Position numbers and translations under genes: made by a program | Part shown: in pieces, positions 54,517 to 56,765 of the stretch | Layout of the letters: the number at the start of each line of letters is the position of its first letter | Numbering within the stretch: position 1 is the first letter of the stretch | Notes under the pieces: model-generated | Told to the model about the DNA's origin: nothing | Database searches by the model: none | Seen by the model: the letters and a program-made list of their open reading frames with translations, nothing else | IMG/VR virus record: IMGVR_UViG_3300045988_138309 | DNA length: 56,765 nucleotides | From: a virus | Direction: 5' to 3' (one strand)

Positions 54517-54545
54517 AGTATGCACGCATACGCCGTCAGCTGCAA
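54517..54545 (-). promoter_or_regulatory. Promoter plus operator for the reverse-strand leaderless gene
   Basis: On the minus strand: GGCTTGCAG, 17-nt spacer, CATACT, 7 nt, then ATG. GTATGcacgCATAC at 54518-54531. Confidence 0.5.
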
Positions 54546-54586
54546 GCCGTCGAGGCGGGTCTGAGGGAGCTTGGGCCGGCTGCGCG

Positions 54587-55197
54587 AACCTGGGAGAAAC
54601 CTGGGAACGTAGTGTGGCGCCAGCCACAGGTCCTTATTGTATCTATGGCTTCCCCTCCCCTACGGGGAGGGGAAGCCTATTAGAGAATATGTAACTTAGC
54701 ATACAACCGCGCCATTCCAACGGAAAGTACGTATGCCCTGCATACATTAGGTACCGGCAAGTGTATGCTAAGTTACGTGTGACCCAGATCTCATGCAACC
54801 AGGCATACGTCACTTTGAGAAATTAATTTGAGTGACGGCATTCACATACCTGGAGGTACAGCGGGGGAGAAACCTGGGAGAACCCTGAGAAACCTGGGAG
54901 AACCCTGGGAACCGCTACGGCCCTGAGAGGGTCCGAGCTGGGCGGGCGGGTCCGGCCGAGCGGGGTCGGGCAGCCCTCTCGGAGAGGTCGGGAACCTGTA
55001 CCGGACCGGCCCGGGGCGTCTACGTACCGCCCCGCCGCCGGCGGTCGGACCGAGGAGAACGGAGCAGAGAGGCAGGCCGGACGGAAAGCGGCGCAGCGCT
55101 GGCGGGGCTGGCGGAATACCGCGGAAAACTGGGACGATGTATGCCGTCATAACGGACTTTTCGTTGCAATCCCAACGGTCGAGAAAACCTGGGACGG
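54587..55197 (+). repeat. Iteron-like AACC(C)TGGGA repeats, including a perfect 20-bp tandem duplication at 54867-54906
   Basis: Copies at about 54587, 54598, 54871, 54881, 54891, 54901, 55125 and 55185. All are in one orientation with local spacing of 10-11 bp. Confidence 0.75.
54691..54776. promoter_or_regulatory. Composite operator: two inverted 14-mers flanking a central palindrome
   Basis: GTAACTTAGCATAC (54691-54704), GTATGccctgCATAC (54731-54745) and GTATGCTAAGTTAC (54763-54776), in an AT-rich patch. Confidence 0.5.
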
Positions 55198-55363
55198 AAT
55201 TAGGCATGCCGTGGACCGTCCCCGCACCCACACCCGTTGGCTAGGCTAGCCGTGGCCGTGGTCACACAAGATGGCTGGATAGGCGGTGCCGGTCCGGTGC
55301 CGCTTGCCCCCGGCCGCCGCGCAGCGCGGCGGCCGCGGCTGCGCGCGAGCGCCCTCGGCGCCA

Positions 55364-55572
55364 GTGCATGACACGGTGCACCCTCATCGCTACGGCGCCT
55401 GCGCTCCGCTGCGCTCCGCGGCGCGGGCGCCTGGGCGATGAGTGCGCAGCGATGTCATACACGCGCCGTCGGGCACTCGCCCCTCGGTCGTACGGGCCCT
55501 GGCGGAGGCGTGCATGCCAGGGTGCACCCGCCTGCGCCTAGGGGCTCCGGCGGGTGCAGCCATGGCATACAC
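55364..55572. repeat. Two related long imperfect hairpins (55364-55462 and 55509-55572)
   Basis: Arms GTGCATGmCA..GGTGCACCC pair with ..TGkCATACAC. The apex of the first hairpin carries the 18-mer CGCTCCGCTGCGCTCCGC. Confidence 0.7.
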
Positions 55573-55687
55573 GCCCCGGCAGGGGAGGGCTGTGCGGGGC
55601 GGCTCACCTCGAGGCGGGGTGTCGATCGGGCTGGCGCCCTCTCGAACCGCCTCGGGCTCGGGGTGCCCGCTACGCCCTCAGGTCCGG

Positions 55688-55840
55688 TCAGCCGGAGAGG
55701 CTGAACGGGTTGGAGAGCAGCCCTCCCAGGCAGAGCCCGGCCGACAGGAGGGCGACCGTGAGCATGAGGAGGAACAGGCGGTCAGAGACGCTGTGAGCGG
55801 CCCTGGGGCGGCGATGGCGGGGGCGGTCGGGGGTAGGCAT
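55688..55840 (-). CDS. 50-aa membrane protein, not in the ORF track
   Basis: AAGGAGACC RBS. MPTPDRPRHRRPRAAHSVSDRLFLLMLTVALLSAGLCLGGLLSNPFSLSG. Lies directly downstream of the junction gene. Confidence 0.45.
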   Translation of the reverse strand: MPTPDRPRHRRPRAAHSVSDRLFLLMLTVALLSAGLCLGGLLSNPFSLSG

Positions 55841-55908
55841 GCCAGGTCTCCTTAGAGTGCGTGAGAGGGGCTGTCAGGGGTAGGCGACGGGACGGCTGGG
55901 CGGGCGGC

Positions 55909-56765
55909 CTAGCGGCGGGTCAGGCCGCTCATCGAGCCGTCGTGCTCGAGGAGGACGGCTCGCCGGGAGTCGGAGGAGACGTGGGCCAGGCAGGGCAGGG
56001 GGGTGTCCGGCGCGGTCGTGCAGCGGGGCAGGTCGAGAGGGGAGGCGGACGGGTCGGTGCGGTCGTAGGGGGCGTGGGTGTCGGAGGTGACCCAGGTGGA
56101 GGCGACCGTAGTGGCCGGGGCGGGGGACTTGGAGGCCGGGGAGGGCTGAGTGGAGGGGGAGGGTCTGGTAACGCGCGTTAGCGCCGGTCGGGTGGAGGGA
56201 GATGGGGCCCCTGAGGGGGTGGAAGCGGGGGTATGTGGGGATGAGGGGAGCTGCTCGGGGACGGGGGTGCCGGATCCGGCGGGGCGGCACTCGCTCTGGG
56301 CGCGGTCCCGGTCGCTCACGACCAGGGCGTGGCAGTAGGCCCGAGCGGTGCGGTGGGCGTTGATGGCGGCCACGTTGCAGGCGCCGATGATCGCGGCCAC
56401 GAGGGCGGCGCCGATGGCGAGCTGCATGAGGGAGGGGTGCCACGCCATGGAGGGGCGGCGCAGGATGCCGGGGCGGCCCATGTCCTGGAGCGGGGTCTCC
56501 TGCCCGGGCTGGGAGGGGGCCTGCTCGGGCCGGGCGCCCTGCGCGCCGGGGCGGCTCGGGCGGAGGATCGAGCGTCGGGCGGGGAGGGGGAACGCGGCGG
56601 TAGGGGCCGCGTCGGCCCGGCTGAGGCGGGGGCCGTCGGCCGGGTCGGCCGGGTCGAGGTATCGGCTGGGGCGGGGGTCGACCCGCCACCCTTCGGGCAG
56701 GGGGTAGCCGGTGGGGTAGGTGGCGGTGGGGCGGTCGGTGCTGGGGCGGTCGGTGCTGGGGCGGT
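55909..56765 (-). CDS. Remainder of the junction-spanning gene: Pro/Ser/Thr-rich single-pass membrane protein, function unknown
   Basis: TM helix LMQLAIGAALVAAIIGACNVAAI with high GC3 in this frame. The competing 271-aa frame (55874..56689) is R/P-rich shadow sequence. The frame stays open upstream of the listed Met at 56481. Confidence 0.7.
   Translation of the reverse strand, partial: RPSTDRPSTDRPTATYPTGYPLPEGWRVDPRPSRYLDPADPADGPRLSRADAAPTAAFPLPARRSILRPSRPGAQGARPEQAPSQPGQETPLQDMGRPGILRRPSMAWHPSLMQLAIGAALVAAIIGACNVAAINAHRTARAYCHALVVSDRDRAQSECRPAGSGTPVPEQLPSSPHTPASTPSGAPSPSTRPALTRVTRPSPSTQPSPASKSPAPATTVASTWVTSDTHAPYDRTDPSASPLDLPRCTTAPDTPLPCLAHVSSDSRRAVLLEHDGSMSGLTRR
56711..56765. repeat. Second copy of the 55-nt terminal overlap
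   Basis: Identical to 1-55. Confidence 0.95.

Noticed and set aside
54867-54906. Possible CRISPR mini-array or solitary repeat units.
   Set aside because: The repeats are contiguous 10/20-bp tandem units without spacers, and no cas genes are present. They fit iterons better.
55874-56689. A 271-aa minus-strand ORF rich in Pro and Arg.
   Set aside because: This is the wrong frame of the junction-spanning gene. The alternative frame has a TM helix and runs cleanly across the circular junction to an ATG with a promoter.
1-56765. An integrase/excisionase lysogeny module or partition genes.
   Set aside because: No tyrosine or serine recombinase, ParA/ParB or Cro/CI-like pair was recognisable in any frame. 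The lifestyle therefore remains undetermined despite the operator-rich regions.

Overview
This window is a complete, circularly closed genome: bases 1-55 are identical to 56711-56765, giving a unique length of 56,710 bp. It is a high-GC, siphovirus-type actinobacterial phage. I found no integrase, partition gene, protelomerase, tRNA or CRISPR array. Gene order on the + strand: DUF1360-like membrane protein, portal, MuF/protease fusion, capsid, neck proteins, tail chaperones with a -1 frameshift, tape measure, tail tip and fibre genes, endolysin and holin. A block of fibre/glycanase-like genes follows the lysis genes. Next comes one reverse-strand HTH-metallophosphoesterase gene. The replication and recombination block contains family-A DNA polymerase interrupted by a 305-aa LAGLIDADG-type intein, PrimPol-helicase, SNF2 helicase, Cas4-like nuclease, Sak4-like ATPase, DUF669, VRR-NUC and SWIM. 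TerS and TerL follow, then small early-type genes (MazG-like, DUF3310-like). TerL and portal are separated by about 8.5 kb, which includes an accessory region spanning the circular junction. The most unusual content is non-coding. (1) A 1.9-kb coding desert (33.9-35.8 kb) between the replication genes has an AT-rich promoter patch, an 85-bp near-perfect palindrome, repeats and dense hairpins. It may be an origin and/or a large structured RNA. (2) A second desert (53.7-55.7 kb) has helically phased iterons, nested hairpins and an inverted operator triplet. (3) A palindrome GTATG-N4/5-CATAC recurs ten times on a conserved promoter family. Four of these promoters appear to drive leaderless genes. 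(4) An identical C-rich 18-mer sits in the loops of unrelated hairpins in both deserts. All functional calls come from reading motifs by eye and need HMM or structure searches to confirm.
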